Shown in pieces: positions 1 through 7,717 of a stretch of DNA of 64,000 nucleotides (its first letter is position 1; the number at the start of each line of letters is the position of its first letter). The notes under the pieces are model-generated. The model was given only the letters and a program-made list of their open reading frames with translations. It was not told the DNA's origin and did no database searches. Both the position numbers and the translations under genes were made by a program. Source of the DNA: Acidimicrobiales bacterium (GTDB taxonomy: Bacteria > Actinomycetota > Acidimicrobiia > Acidimicrobiales > MedAcidi-G1); NCBI GenBank assembly GCA_014239855.1, contig JAAZXY010000005.1:12267-76266 (forward strand). Reading direction: 5' to 3'.

Positions 1-830
1 TCCCGACCGTCACGGGAACGGCACGACTCGTAGAGCGCCACCGATCCGGCCACGGCCACGTTGAGCGAGTCGATATTTCCGGTGGTCTCCACGGTGACCA
101 GCCCGGCGCAGGCCGCCAGTACGTCCTCGGTGAGCCCGTGGGGCTCGTTGCCCAGAACGAGAGCCGAAAGCCCGGCCGACGTCGCCATCTCCGCCATCGG
201 TGTCCCACCGGCGGGCACGGTCGCCCACGCCGCGATGTCGGCAGCGGCCAGGCGCCTCAGGACATCCACCGCCTCGTCGTCGGCGACCATGGCGAAGGGG
301 ATCCGGAAGGCCGAACCGGCAGCGGCCCGTACGACCTTCGGGTTGTAGGGGTCCACTCCTCCGACCAGGAGGAGGCCCGCCGCCCCGAAGGCCTCAGAGG
401 AGCGCAGCAGCGTGCCCACGTTCCCGGGATCGGCCAGGCCCACCAGCACCAGCAGCGGATGGCCGACCTCGACGCCCGCCAGCAGCACGTCCGGGTCGAC
501 GTCGACGAACCCCACCTCGGCCAGAGCCGGCTGGGGGGACGTGGTGCTGGTCAGTCCCTCGAACACCGAGTCGGGTACCGAGCCGACGTCAGCTCCGGTG
601 GTCTCGGCGCGCGCCAGCAGCGCATCGAGACGTGGGCCTACCTCGAGATCATCAAGCGACGACTCGGGCACCACCACCATACGAACGTCCCGGCCGGCGT
701 CGAGCGCCTCGGCCACCAGGCCGGGACCCTCCACGACGAAGGAACGCAACTCATGACGTTGACCGCGATCGCGGGCCAACTTTCGCAGCCCACGGACCCG
801 CGGGTTGCTTCCTGAGTACCGGTGCATCAT
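1..830 (-). CDS. TrmH/SpoU-family RNA 2'-O-methyltransferase (TsnR-like), 3' end cut by window edge
   Basis: Not in the ORF track because there is no stop inside the window. My translation from ATG 830 gives MMHRYSGSNPRVRGLRKLARDRG...GLADPGNVGTLLRSSEAFG...LVLGNEPHGL...IDSLNVAVAGSVALYE, i.e. the SpoU motifs. It lies downstream of rplT, as in other actinobacteria. Confidence 0.9.
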   Translation of the reverse strand, partial: MMHRYSGSNPRVRGLRKLARDRGQRHELRSFVVEGPGLVAEALDAGRDVRMVVVPESSLDDLEVGPRLDALLARAETTGADVGSVPDSVFEGLTSTTSPQPALAEVGFVDVDPDVLLAGVEVGHPLLVLVGLADPGNVGTLLRSSEAFGAAGLLLVGGVDPYNPKVVRAAAGSAFRIPFAMVADDEAVDVLRRLAAADIAAWATVPAGGTPMAEMATSAGLSALVLGNEPHGLTEDVLAACAGLVTVETTGNIDSLNVAVAGSVALYESCRSRDGR

Positions 831-868
831 TCAGCCGGCGACCGTGAAGGACGGCCGTGGTTCGATGC

Positions 869-1225
869 TCAGGCCGCTTCGGCGCCGGCCATCTCGACCA
901 GGGCGGCGAACGCCGCACTGTCGTTGACGGCCAGGTCGGCCAACACCTTGCGGTCGACCTCGATGCCGGACTGCTTGAGACCGGCGATGAACACGCTGTA
1001 GTTGGTGCCGTTCTGACGACAGGCGGCGTTGATCCGCTGGATCCAGAGCCGACGGAACTGACCCTTGCGCGCCCGGCGGTCGCGGAAGGCGTAGTTCCCG
1101 GAATGCATCACCTGCTCGTTGGCAGCGCGGAAGGTACGGCTCTTGTCGCCGTAGTAGCCCTTCGCCTGCTCGAGGACTGCCTTGTGCTTCTTCTTGCTGT
1201 GGACGGCTCGCTTGACCCTGGCCAT
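869..1225 (-). CDS. rplT: 50S ribosomal protein bL20
   Basis: ORF track 869..1228 ([26 protein letters not shown]...[10 protein letters not shown]). Start set to ATG 1225, which has AGGAG just upstream. Confidence 0.97.
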   Translation of the reverse strand: MARVKRAVHSKKKHKAVLEQAKGYYGDKSRTFRAANEQVMHSGNYAFRDRRARKGQFRRLWIQRINAACRQNGTNYSVFIAGLKQSGIEVDRKVLADLAVNDSAAFAALVEMAGAEAA

Positions 1226-1243
1226 CACGTCTCCTGTGTTCGG

Positions 1244-1267
1244 GTCCCCACCGGCGGCGGTAGGGAC
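1244..1267 (-). promoter_or_regulatory. 10-bp stem-loop just upstream of the rplT RBS
   Basis: Sense RNA GUCCCUACCG-CCGC-CGGUGGGGAC (one G-U pair), followed by CCGAACACAGGAGACGUGAUG. Confidence 0.5.
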
Positions 1268-1346
1268 GATTGCTGTTCGGTCGGTATCCGTTTCTCCGGT
1301 ACCGGTGTTGTCTCCATGGGGCGAAATGCCCCCACTTGGTGTTCGG

Positions 1347-1541
1347 TCAGATGCCGAGCTGCTTGCGGACGGCCGGCGCGTTCGCCGGGTCCACGTCGCT
1401 CTGACGGGCCAACCGACGCTTGCGCTTCGGGGACTTCTTCTCGAGGATGTGGCTGAGGTTGGCGTTACGACGCTTCAGGCGTCCGCTGCCGGTCACCTTG
1501 AAGCGCTTGGCGGCGCCACGGTGGGTCTTCATCTTGGGCAT
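1347..1541 (-). CDS. rpmI: 50S ribosomal protein bL35
   Basis: C-terminal 64 aa of ORF 1347..1709: [33 protein letters not shown]. The upstream part of the long ORF is Pro/Arg-rich junk. Confidence 0.95.
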   Translation of the reverse strand: MPKMKTHRGAAKRFKVTGSGRLKRRNANLSHILEKKSPKRKRRLARQSDVDPANAPAVRKQLGI

Positions 1542-1581
1542 GGTTTCTGCTCCGTTTCGGGTCTGGTTGCTCGTCGGCCGG

Positions 1582-2316
1582 TCAGGCAGACGTCGGTTCG
1601 GTGGGCTGGTCAGCGGCCGGGGCTGCTGATTCGGCGGCGGGTGCTGCCGAATCGACAGCTGGCGATGCAGCCTCGGTGGTTTCGGTCGCCTCCGGAGCGG
1701 CAGGTGCACCGGTCTCCTCGCCGGGGGTCTCCCCGGCTGGGGTCTCGTCGGCGGTGGCCTTGCGGTCCTCGGCGGCTTCGCGCTGCTTGCGGGTGGCCTG
1801 ACCCGGCACCAGGACCATGATCATGTTGCGGCCATCCTGCTTCGGGTACACCTCGACGCGTCCCACGTGGGACACCACCTCGGCGACCCGGTCGAGAATG
1901 CGACGACCGAGCTCCGGGTGCTGCATCTCCCGGCCCCGGAACATGATGGTGACCTTGACCTTGCTGCCGTCGCCGAGGAACGCCTCGACCTTGCGGGTCT
2001 TGGTCTCAAAATCGCCCGGACCGATCTTGGGCCGGTACTTCATCTCCTTGACCAGAACATGGGTCGCCTTCTTGCGCGACTCCTTGGCCCGCTGGGACTG
2101 TTCGTACTTGAACTTCCCGTAGTCCATGATTCGGCAGACCGGCGGATCGGCCTTGTCGGCCACCTCCACCAGGTCCAGACCGGCCTCCTGGGCCGCGTCG
2201 AGGGCGTCAGACAGGGTCTGAATCCCCATCTGTTCGCCGTCGGGCGAGACCAGCCGGACCTGTCGGGCCCGGATGCGGTCGTTGATCCGCGGTTCCTGAT
2301 TCGTCGGCGTTGCTAT
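1582..2316 (-). CDS. infC: translation initiation factor IF-3 with non-canonical start and a 72-aa acidic/Pro/Ala tail
   Basis: ORF track 1582..2229 carries IF3 motifs ([42 protein letters not shown]). The conserved N-terminal [20 protein letters not shown] continues upstream in frame, with no ATG/GTG/TTG before the in-frame TGA at 2323-2325. ATA at 2314-2316 lies 9 nt after AGGAG (2326-2330). Confidence 0.9.
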   Translation of the reverse strand: MATPTNQEPRINDRIRARQVRLVSPDGEQMGIQTLSDALDAAQEAGLDLVEVADKADPPVCRIMDYGKFKYEQSQRAKESRKKATHVLVKEMKYRPKIGPGDFETKTRKVEAFLGDGSKVKVTIMFRGREMQHPELGRRILDRVAEVVSHVGRVEVYPKQDGRNMIMVLVPGQATRKQREAAEDRKATADETPAGETPGEETGAPAAPEATETTEAASPAVDSAAPAAESAAPAADQPTEPTSA

Positions 2317-2330
2317 TAGTCGTCACTCCT
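2311..2330 (-). promoter_or_regulatory. infC: infC translation initiation region: SD AGGAG plus non-canonical ATA start
   Basis: Sense strand reads AGGAGTGACGACTAATAGCA. TGA (2323-2325) closes the frame upstream, so only CGA, CTA or ATA can precede the conserved N-terminus. Confidence 0.6.
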
Positions 2331-2590
2331 GTGCGTCACGCTGGCTCTCGCTCCTCGTGAGGGTTCGGGCGGTGGTGCCCGACGGAGCCGACTGGTACAC
2401 GGGGTGAAGACCCCTGAAAAGCCGAAACGACGGGCGCCGAAAAGCCGACACCCGCCGGAAACGACGGCAGCTGAGCCACAGAGGGCTGAACGACCCGTCG
2501 ATCAGACGAGATGAGGACCCGGGCCCGCTGGACGCGTGCCGGGTGGGGGCGAACCCCGCTTTCCATCTGGTTGTGAGCCGTAGGCTACCG
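2331..2590 (-). promoter_or_regulatory. candidate long 5' leader of infC with duplicated sequence modules
   Basis: A putative -10 CGGTAGCCT at 2582-2590 (sense) would give a leader of about 250 nt. On the + strand, GAAAAGCCGA occurs at 2416-2425 and 2439-2448, and GAAACGACGG at 2424-2433 and 2458-2467. Hairpin GGGGUCUUCACCCC. Confidence 0.4.
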
Positions 2591-2665
2591 CTCCCACGAC
2601 CCACCAGCACCCGACGACCGTGGCAGGTGCCCCATGATCCACGACCAGGAAACGAGACGGACCCG

Positions 2666-3070
2666 ATGAGCAGCCTCTGGACCCCCGGTGGAGAGCACCC
2701 CGTCGAGCCCGAGGAGGCCCTGAGCCCCGAGGAACGCCAGCAGGCCGAGGAGATGGCCCGGGAGATGGCCGAGGTCCAGGAACAGATCGCCTCGGCACCC
2801 GCCGCCGTGGTGGTGGCCAACCACCTCATGGGCTTCTACGAACTGGCGGCCATCCATCTTTCCCAGCAGCCACCCAACATGAGCGAGGCCTCGGTGGCCA
2901 TCGATGCCCTGGGTGCCGTGGTTGAGAAGCTGCCCGGACGACTCGGCGAGGCCGAGGCCACGATGCGCGACGCCCTCCACCAGATCCGGCTGGCTTACGT
3001 GTCCGTCGAGAAGGCCCTCCGTGATGCGGCCGAGGCCGTCACTTCAGAGACGCCCGACGAAGAGGAGTAG
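2666..3070 (+). CDS. DUF1844-like protein
   Basis: ORF 2543..3070 trimmed to ATG 2666 (MSSLWTPGGEHP...). The ...VVANHLMGFYELAAIHL...ASVAIDALGAVVEKL... pattern and the divergent position next to infC are typical of DUF1844 proteins. Confidence 0.7.
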   Translation: MSSLWTPGGEHPVEPEEALSPEERQQAEEMAREMAEVQEQIASAPAAVVVANHLMGFYELAAIHLSQQPPNMSEASVAIDALGAVVEKLPGRLGEAEATMRDALHQIRLAYVSVEKALRDAAEAVTSETPDEEE

Positions 3071-3104
3071 CCCTTCGGGGCCGCCACACGCCCGGCAACA
3101 GGCC

Positions 3105-3125
3105 GGCGACTGGCTGGCGACTGGC
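3105..3125. repeat. 2 x 10-bp direct repeat (period 11) just downstream of the hisG stop
   Basis: Plus strand: GGCGACTGGC T GGCGACTGGC, in the convergent DUF1844/hisG gap. Confidence 0.85.
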
Positions 3126-3128
3126 CGG

Positions 3129-4004
3129 TCAGTGGACGATCTTGGAGAGCGGAAGTTCGATGATGTCCGAGGCCCCACCGTCGCGCAGCGCCGGGATGAG
3201 CACGTTGATCTCCGACTTGGCGACCACCGTCTCGATGGCGAAGCCCGACCCGCCGTACAACTCGTTGACGGTCGGTGACTTCATCGACGGGATCAGGCCG
3301 ATCACCGCGTCCAGGTGTTCGCCCGGGACGTTCATCTTGACCAGGACCTTGCCCCGGGCCTCCAGCGTGCCCTGCAGCAACCGGTGGAGCTGCTCCATGG
3401 CGTGGCGCTTCTCGGGATCGGCGTAGGCCTCGGCGTTGGCCACCAGCTCGGTGTAGCTGGTCAGGATGGTGTCGATGATCTTCAGGCCGGCCGCCCGGAT
3501 GGCCCGGCCCGTCTCGGTGATGTCGACCACCACGTCGACGATGTCGGGCACCTTGGCCTCGGTGGCGCCGTAGGAGAGCCGGATGTCGGCCTCGACGCCA
3601 CGATCCTCGAAGAAGCGACGGGTCAGCACCGGGTACTCGCTGGACACCCGCACCCCGGCCGGCAGATCGGCCACCGATTCCACGTCGGAGTCGCCGGGAA
3701 CGGCCACCACGATGCGGACCGGCCGGGCCGTGGCCTTCGAATAGTGGAGCTCCCCGAGGGACACGACGTCGCTGCTCGTCTCCTCGATCCAGTCACGGCC
3801 GGTGATTCCCAGGTCGAACAGGCCGTCAGCCACGTAGGTCGGGATCTCCTGGGGGCGCAGGATCCGGACATCGTCCACCCGGGGGTCGTCGATGGTCGCC
3901 CGGTAGTCGACCGAGGAGTTCCGGAGGACGGCGAGGTCGGCGCCCTCGAACAGTTCAAGCGTGGACTTTTCGAGAGATCCCTTGGGAAGGACGAGTTTCA
4001 GCAC
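3129..4004 (-). CDS. hisG: ATP phosphoribosyltransferase, long form
   Basis: ORF track 291 aa (GTG start): LKLVLPKGSLEKSTLELF...LGITGRDWIEE...VDITETGRAIRAAGLKI, plus a C-terminal regulatory domain. Confidence 0.95.
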   Translation of the reverse strand: MLKLVLPKGSLEKSTLELFEGADLAVLRNSSVDYRATIDDPRVDDVRILRPQEIPTYVADGLFDLGITGRDWIEETSSDVVSLGELHYSKATARPVRIVVAVPGDSDVESVADLPAGVRVSSEYPVLTRRFFEDRGVEADIRLSYGATEAKVPDIVDVVVDITETGRAIRAAGLKIIDTILTSYTELVANAEAYADPEKRHAMEQLHRLLQGTLEARGKVLVKMNVPGEHLDAVIGLIPSMKSPTVNELYGGSGFAIETVVAKSEINVLIPALRDGGASDIIELPLSKIVH

Positions 4005-4063
4005 GGAACGAACCTACCCGTCATGGTCCTCCGCCCCGCCTGGGATTTCCCACCCGTAACGGG

Positions 4064-5110
4064 TCAGGCGTCGGGCACCAGTTCGATACGAAGGTCGTCA
4101 CCGAGTCGCCGCACGTCGACGAACCGACCACGCCACGCCTCGGCCATGGTGGCCACGCCGGCACCGGCCAGCAGCGGCCGACCGTCGTCGCCGCCCAGCA
4201 GGGCCGGCGCCACGTAGGCCACCACCCGGTCGACCAGGCCCTCGCGATGGAACCGGCCCGCCACCTCGGCACCGCCCTCCACCAGGAGCTGCAGCACACC
4301 CTCGCCACCCAGACGGTCGAGCAGCGCTCCCAGGTCACCATGGTGTTCCTCAGCGGGCAACACCCGGGCTCCGTCGGGAATGGCGCCCAGCACGATGCGT
4401 CGGGGATCGATCGAACCCATGGCCTCCGCATCGGGCCAGTCGCGGACGTCCAGACGGGGATCATCGGCTCGCACGGTTCCCGATCCCACGCAGACCGCAT
4501 CGCTCTCGGCCCTCATCCGGTGGACGTCGGCCCGGGCCTCGGGACCGGTGATCCAGCGGCTCGACCCGTCAGGAGCGGCGATTCGACCATCGATGGTGGT
4601 GGCCATCTTCAACACGACCTGTGGACGGCCGGTGCGTCGCTGATGGAGATACGGCGCCAACTGCTCGGCCACCTCGTCGGCCCGCACACCGACCACCACG
4701 TCCAGGCCGGCCTGCCGAAGATGGGCGATGCCCCGGCCCGCCACCTGGGGATCCGGATCCTCGAGGGCCACCACGACGCGGGCCACCCCGGCGGCCACGA
4801 TGGCCTCGGTGCACGGTCCGGTCCGACCCTCGTGGTGACAGGGCTCCAACGTGGTCACCACCGTGGAGCCGACGATCGAACCGCCGTTGGACGACGCGGC
4901 GGCGTCCATGGCCGAGCGTTCGGCATGTGCCCCCCCGGGCGGTTCGGTGGCCCCCGTGCCGAGGATCACGCTGTCGACCACGACCACGCATCCCACCCAG
5001 GGATTGGGCGACGTCCGGCAACGGGCCGTCGCCGCGGCGACGATGGCCGCATCCATGGCCGCCGCGTCGTCGATCCCGGCAGATGCCGTGGAGTCGGACC
5101 GTTCAGCCAT
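4064..5110 (-). CDS. ribD: bifunctional riboflavin biosynthesis deaminase/reductase RibD
   Basis: ORF 4064..5215. Deaminase zinc motifs HAE and PCHHEGRTGPC, and reductase part LKMATTIDGRIA. Start set to ATG 5110 (MAERSD), which overlaps the mog stop by 8 nt (ATGGCTGA). Confidence 0.9.
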   Translation of the reverse strand: MAERSDSTASAGIDDAAAMDAAIVAAATARCRTSPNPWVGCVVVVDSVILGTGATEPPGGAHAERSAMDAAASSNGGSIVGSTVVTTLEPCHHEGRTGPCTEAIVAAGVARVVVALEDPDPQVAGRGIAHLRQAGLDVVVGVRADEVAEQLAPYLHQRRTGRPQVVLKMATTIDGRIAAPDGSSRWITGPEARADVHRMRAESDAVCVGSGTVRADDPRLDVRDWPDAEAMGSIDPRRIVLGAIPDGARVLPAEEHHGDLGALLDRLGGEGVLQLLVEGGAEVAGRFHREGLVDRVVAYVAPALLGGDDGRPLLAGAGVATMAEAWRGRFVDVRRLGDDLRIELVPDA

Positions 5111-5621
5111 GGTGGCCGCCAGTTCCTTCGCCTGACGGATGGGGGTCGGCGTTGTCGACCAGCAGGCGAACGGCATGGGGCACCACGTCGGCCACCGCTT
5201 CCAGGCATTCCACACAGCCCCGCGCCGAGCCCGGCGTGTTGAGGATCAGCGCGGAGCCCCGCGTGCCGGCCACACCACGCGACAGGCGGCCCAACGGATT
5301 CACCAGGCGCATGGCCTCGGCCAGGCCGGGAGCCTGACGATCCAGGACGGCCAGCGTCCCCTCGGGGGTGAGGTCCCGCGGGCCGAACCCCGTCCCACCG
5401 GTGGTCACGATCAGGCCGTGGAAGCCTTCGGCCAGTCGACACAACGCCCCGGCCACCTCGTCGGCCCCGTCGGCCGTCACCGCGGTCTCAGCCACCTGCC
5501 ATCCGTGCTCGTCGCAGAGGGAGACCAGAGCGGCACCCGAACGGTCCTCACGCACCCCGTGCACCACGCCGTCCGAGACGGTCAGGACCTTGACGGCCAT
5601 CTCCGGGTCGTGGGTGCTCAT
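5103..5621 (-). CDS. mog: molybdenum cofactor biosynthesis protein MogA/MoaB family
   Basis: ORF track 172 aa: VLTVSDG...LIVTTGGTGFGPRDLTPE...PGSARG. Confidence 0.88.
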   Translation of the reverse strand: MSTHDPEMAVKVLTVSDGVVHGVREDRSGAALVSLCDEHGWQVAETAVTADGADEVAGALCRLAEGFHGLIVTTGGTGFGPRDLTPEGTLAVLDRQAPGLAEAMRLVNPLGRLSRGVAGTRGSALILNTPGSARGCVECLEAVADVVPHAVRLLVDNADPHPSGEGTGGHHG

Positions 5622-5627
5622 CCCCGG

Positions 5628-5633
5628 ACGTTA
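5628..5633 (-). promoter_or_regulatory. candidate -10 box TAACGT, 6 nt before the mog ATG (leaderless candidate)
   Basis: Sense GGTAACGTCCGGGGATG. No SD is present. Confidence 0.4.
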
Positions 5634-5678
5634 CCGGAGGCCCCGGCGAGGCTCCGAGGAGGCACGTAGAGGCCCGAT

Positions 5679-5703
5679 CCCGCCGGGCCGGCGGGGCTAC
5701 CCT
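5679..5703 (+). promoter_or_regulatory. 17-bp palindrome CCCGCCGG-G-CCGGCGGG followed by -10 box TACCCT, 6 nt before the dienelactone hydrolase ATG
   Basis: Palindrome at 5679-5695, TACCCT at 5698-5703, ATG at 5710. No SD is present. Confidence 0.4.
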
Positions 5704-5709
5704 CGGCCG

Positions 5710-6528
5710 ATGGCCCGACCAATGGACATCGACGCTCTGGCCGGATACGAGATCGACGAGTTCGCCCACGGTGGGACCACCCGGACCGTGCTGCGGACCG
5801 GCACCGGACCGGCGGTCATCGTCATGGCCGAGATGCCCGGCATCACCCCCCGGGTGGCCGACTTCGGGCGACGGGTGGCCGCCATCGGGTGCACCGCGGT
5901 CCTGCCCTCGCTGTTCGGAACGCCGGGACGTCGGCCGACCCCGGGTTACCTCATGCGATCACTGGCCGGTGGATGCGTCTCACGGGAGTTCACGGCCTTC
6001 CTGAGGCGACGAACCTCGCCGGTGACCGACTGGCTCCGGGCGCTGGCCGCCTTCGAGCACGGCCGGTGCGGCGGCCCGGGCGTCGGGGCAGTCGGCATGT
6101 GCTTCACCGGCGGATTCGCCCTCGGGATGATGGTCGACCAGCGGATGCTCGCCCCGGTGCTCAGCCAACCCAGCCTGCCACTCCCCATCGGCGATCGACG
6201 ACGCCGATCGCTGGGCATCTCCAACCGGGATCTGGAGATCGTGCGGGAGCGGGTACAGGGCGACGACGATGATTCGGGCGTCTGCGTACTGGGCCTCCGG
6301 TTCAGCGAGGACTCGATGGCCCCCGCCGAGCGCTTCGCACGACTGGCCGAGGAGTTCGGCGACGGATTCATCGGCGTGGAGATCGACTCGTCACCGGGCA
6401 ACGCCCATCGGATCTCCAAGCGGGCCCATTCGGTACTGACCGACGAACTGGTCGACGAACCGGGACACCCGACACGCGAAGCCCTGGACGCCGTGCTCGC
6501 TCACCTGGGGTCCGCTCTGCTGGGCTGA
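5710..6528 (+). CDS. dienelactone hydrolase family protein
   Basis: ORF 5368..6528 trimmed to ATG 5710 (MARPMDIDALAG), because the upstream part overlaps mog on the other strand. Nucleophile-elbow-like GMCFTGGFAL. Confidence 0.75.
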   Translation: MARPMDIDALAGYEIDEFAHGGTTRTVLRTGTGPAVIVMAEMPGITPRVADFGRRVAAIGCTAVLPSLFGTPGRRPTPGYLMRSLAGGCVSREFTAFLRRRTSPVTDWLRALAAFEHGRCGGPGVGAVGMCFTGGFALGMMVDQRMLAPVLSQPSLPLPIGDRRRRSLGISNRDLEIVRERVQGDDDDSGVCVLGLRFSEDSMAPAERFARLAEEFGDGFIGVEIDSSPGNAHRISKRAHSVLTDELVDEPGHPTREALDAVLAHLGSALLG

Positions 6529-6541
6529 CCTGGTCGCCTGA

Positions 6542-7717
6542 TCAGGGCACCCGGTAGAGGAAGACAGCCATGCCCTCGCTGTCCAGGTCCTGAGGAAGCA
6601 GGATCCCGCCACCGCCGTCCTCCCCGTGGGGCCGCCACGGATCCCCCACCGGTACGGGGACCAACCCGGGATGGGCGGCCCGGAGCCGCTGGTCGACGCC
6701 GGAGGTCTCGACCGCCGTCAGGGTGCACACGCTGTAGGCCAACAGGCCACCCGGCGCCACGAGGTCGACCGATCCGACCAGCAGCTCCACCTGCAGATCG
6801 GCCAATCCACTGATCGCCTCATCGGTGAACCTGCCCGCCTGCCAGCGGGCGTCGGCCCGTCGACGGAGGACCCCGAGACCCGAACACGGGGCATCCACCA
6901 GGACCCGGTCGAACGAACCGGGTCGGAACGGCGTCGCCCGGCCGTCTGCCGCAGCCAGCATCAGGTCGCACTCCAGACGACGGGCGTTGTCGGCAACGAG
7001 GCCGAGGCGTCGTTCCCGGAGATCACAGGCCACCACCCGGGCACCCGACGCGGCCAACGCGGTGGCCTTGCCGCCCGGCGCGGCGCACAGGTCCAGGATC
7101 CGCTCGTCGAGATGCACCCCATTGGCTCCCTCGCTGGAGACCACGGGCGGGGCCAGCACCGCCTCGACCACCAGTTGAGACCCCCGGTCCTGGTGGTAGC
7201 CGTCGTCACGCACCACAGCGGGTGCCGGGCGGTTCATGGCTTCCATGGCGGCCATAGCGTCCACCTCTCCGAGGTCGGTGACCAGACGGTCCAGCACCTC
7301 CTCGGGACAGCTCAGGGCCACGGCCGGCGACGGCCAGGCCGGTGTCCCCGCCCGCTGTTCGTCGGCCACCCGTCGCAGCACGGCGTTGCACAGACCACGC
7401 ACCCGACGGGGTGCCACGGCCACGGTGGCCGAGACCGCAGCGTGGGCCGGCACCCCACCGAAGGCCAACTGCCAGGCGCCCAGGCGGAGCACCGTGCGAA
7501 CCTCGGGCTGGACCTCGTCGTGGAGGAACCGGTCCACCAGATGATCACAGGCCCGTCGCATCCGGGTCGTGCCGTACACCATGTCGGTCACGAACGCCCG
7601 GTCCCGCCGATCCAGGTCGCAGCGGTCCAGCGCGGCCCGCAGCGCCAGGTTGGCGTACGCCCCGTCGCGCTCGATGCGCCCCAGAACCTCGACGGCCAGA
7701 CCGCGGGCATCACCCAT
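6542..7717 (-). CDS. rsmB: 16S rRNA (cytosine-C5)-methyltransferase RsmB/Sun family
   Basis: ORF track 391 aa. NusB-like N-terminus, DLCAAPGGKA, DAPCSGLGV, YSVCTL. Start overlaps the fmt stop by 8 nt (ATGGGTGA). Confidence 0.9.
   Translation of the reverse strand: MGDARGLAVEVLGRIERDGAYANLALRAALDRCDLDRRDRAFVTDMVYGTTRMRRACDHLVDRFLHDEVQPEVRTVLRLGAWQLAFGGVPAHAAVSATVAVAPRRVRGLCNAVLRRVADEQRAGTPAWPSPAVALSCPEEVLDRLVTDLGEVDAMAAMEAMNRPAPAVVRDDGYHQDRGSQLVVEAVLAPPVVSSEGANGVHLDERILDLCAAPGGKATALAASGARVVACDLRERRLGLVADNARRLECDLMLAAADGRATPFRPGSFDRVLVDAPCSGLGVLRRRADARWQAGRFTDEAISGLADLQVELLVGSVDLVAPGGLLAYSVCTLTAVETSGVDQRLRAAHPGLVPVPVGDPWRPHGEDGGGGILLPQDLDSEGMAVFLYRVP

Noticed and set aside
2331-2665. Possible tRNA, tmRNA, RNase P, 6S or SRP RNA in the larger gaps (2317-2665, 61740-61921, 46573-46703, 58219-58347).
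   Set aside because: No cloverleaf arms, T-loop GTTCRANYC or other signature motifs were seen. The gaps are better explained as promoters and leaders. Not excluded for novel sRNAs.
2543-2665. The 41-codon N-terminal extension of the DUF1844 ORF.
   Set aside because: The extension is Pro/Arg-rich, lies in the infC promoter/leader region, and the conserved protein begins near ATG 2666.
3071-3128. Intrinsic terminators in the convergent gaps (3071-3128, 6529-6541, 10365-10421).
   Set aside because: Only 4-5 bp stems (for example GCCC-UUCG-GGGC) without U-tracts, which is too weak to call.
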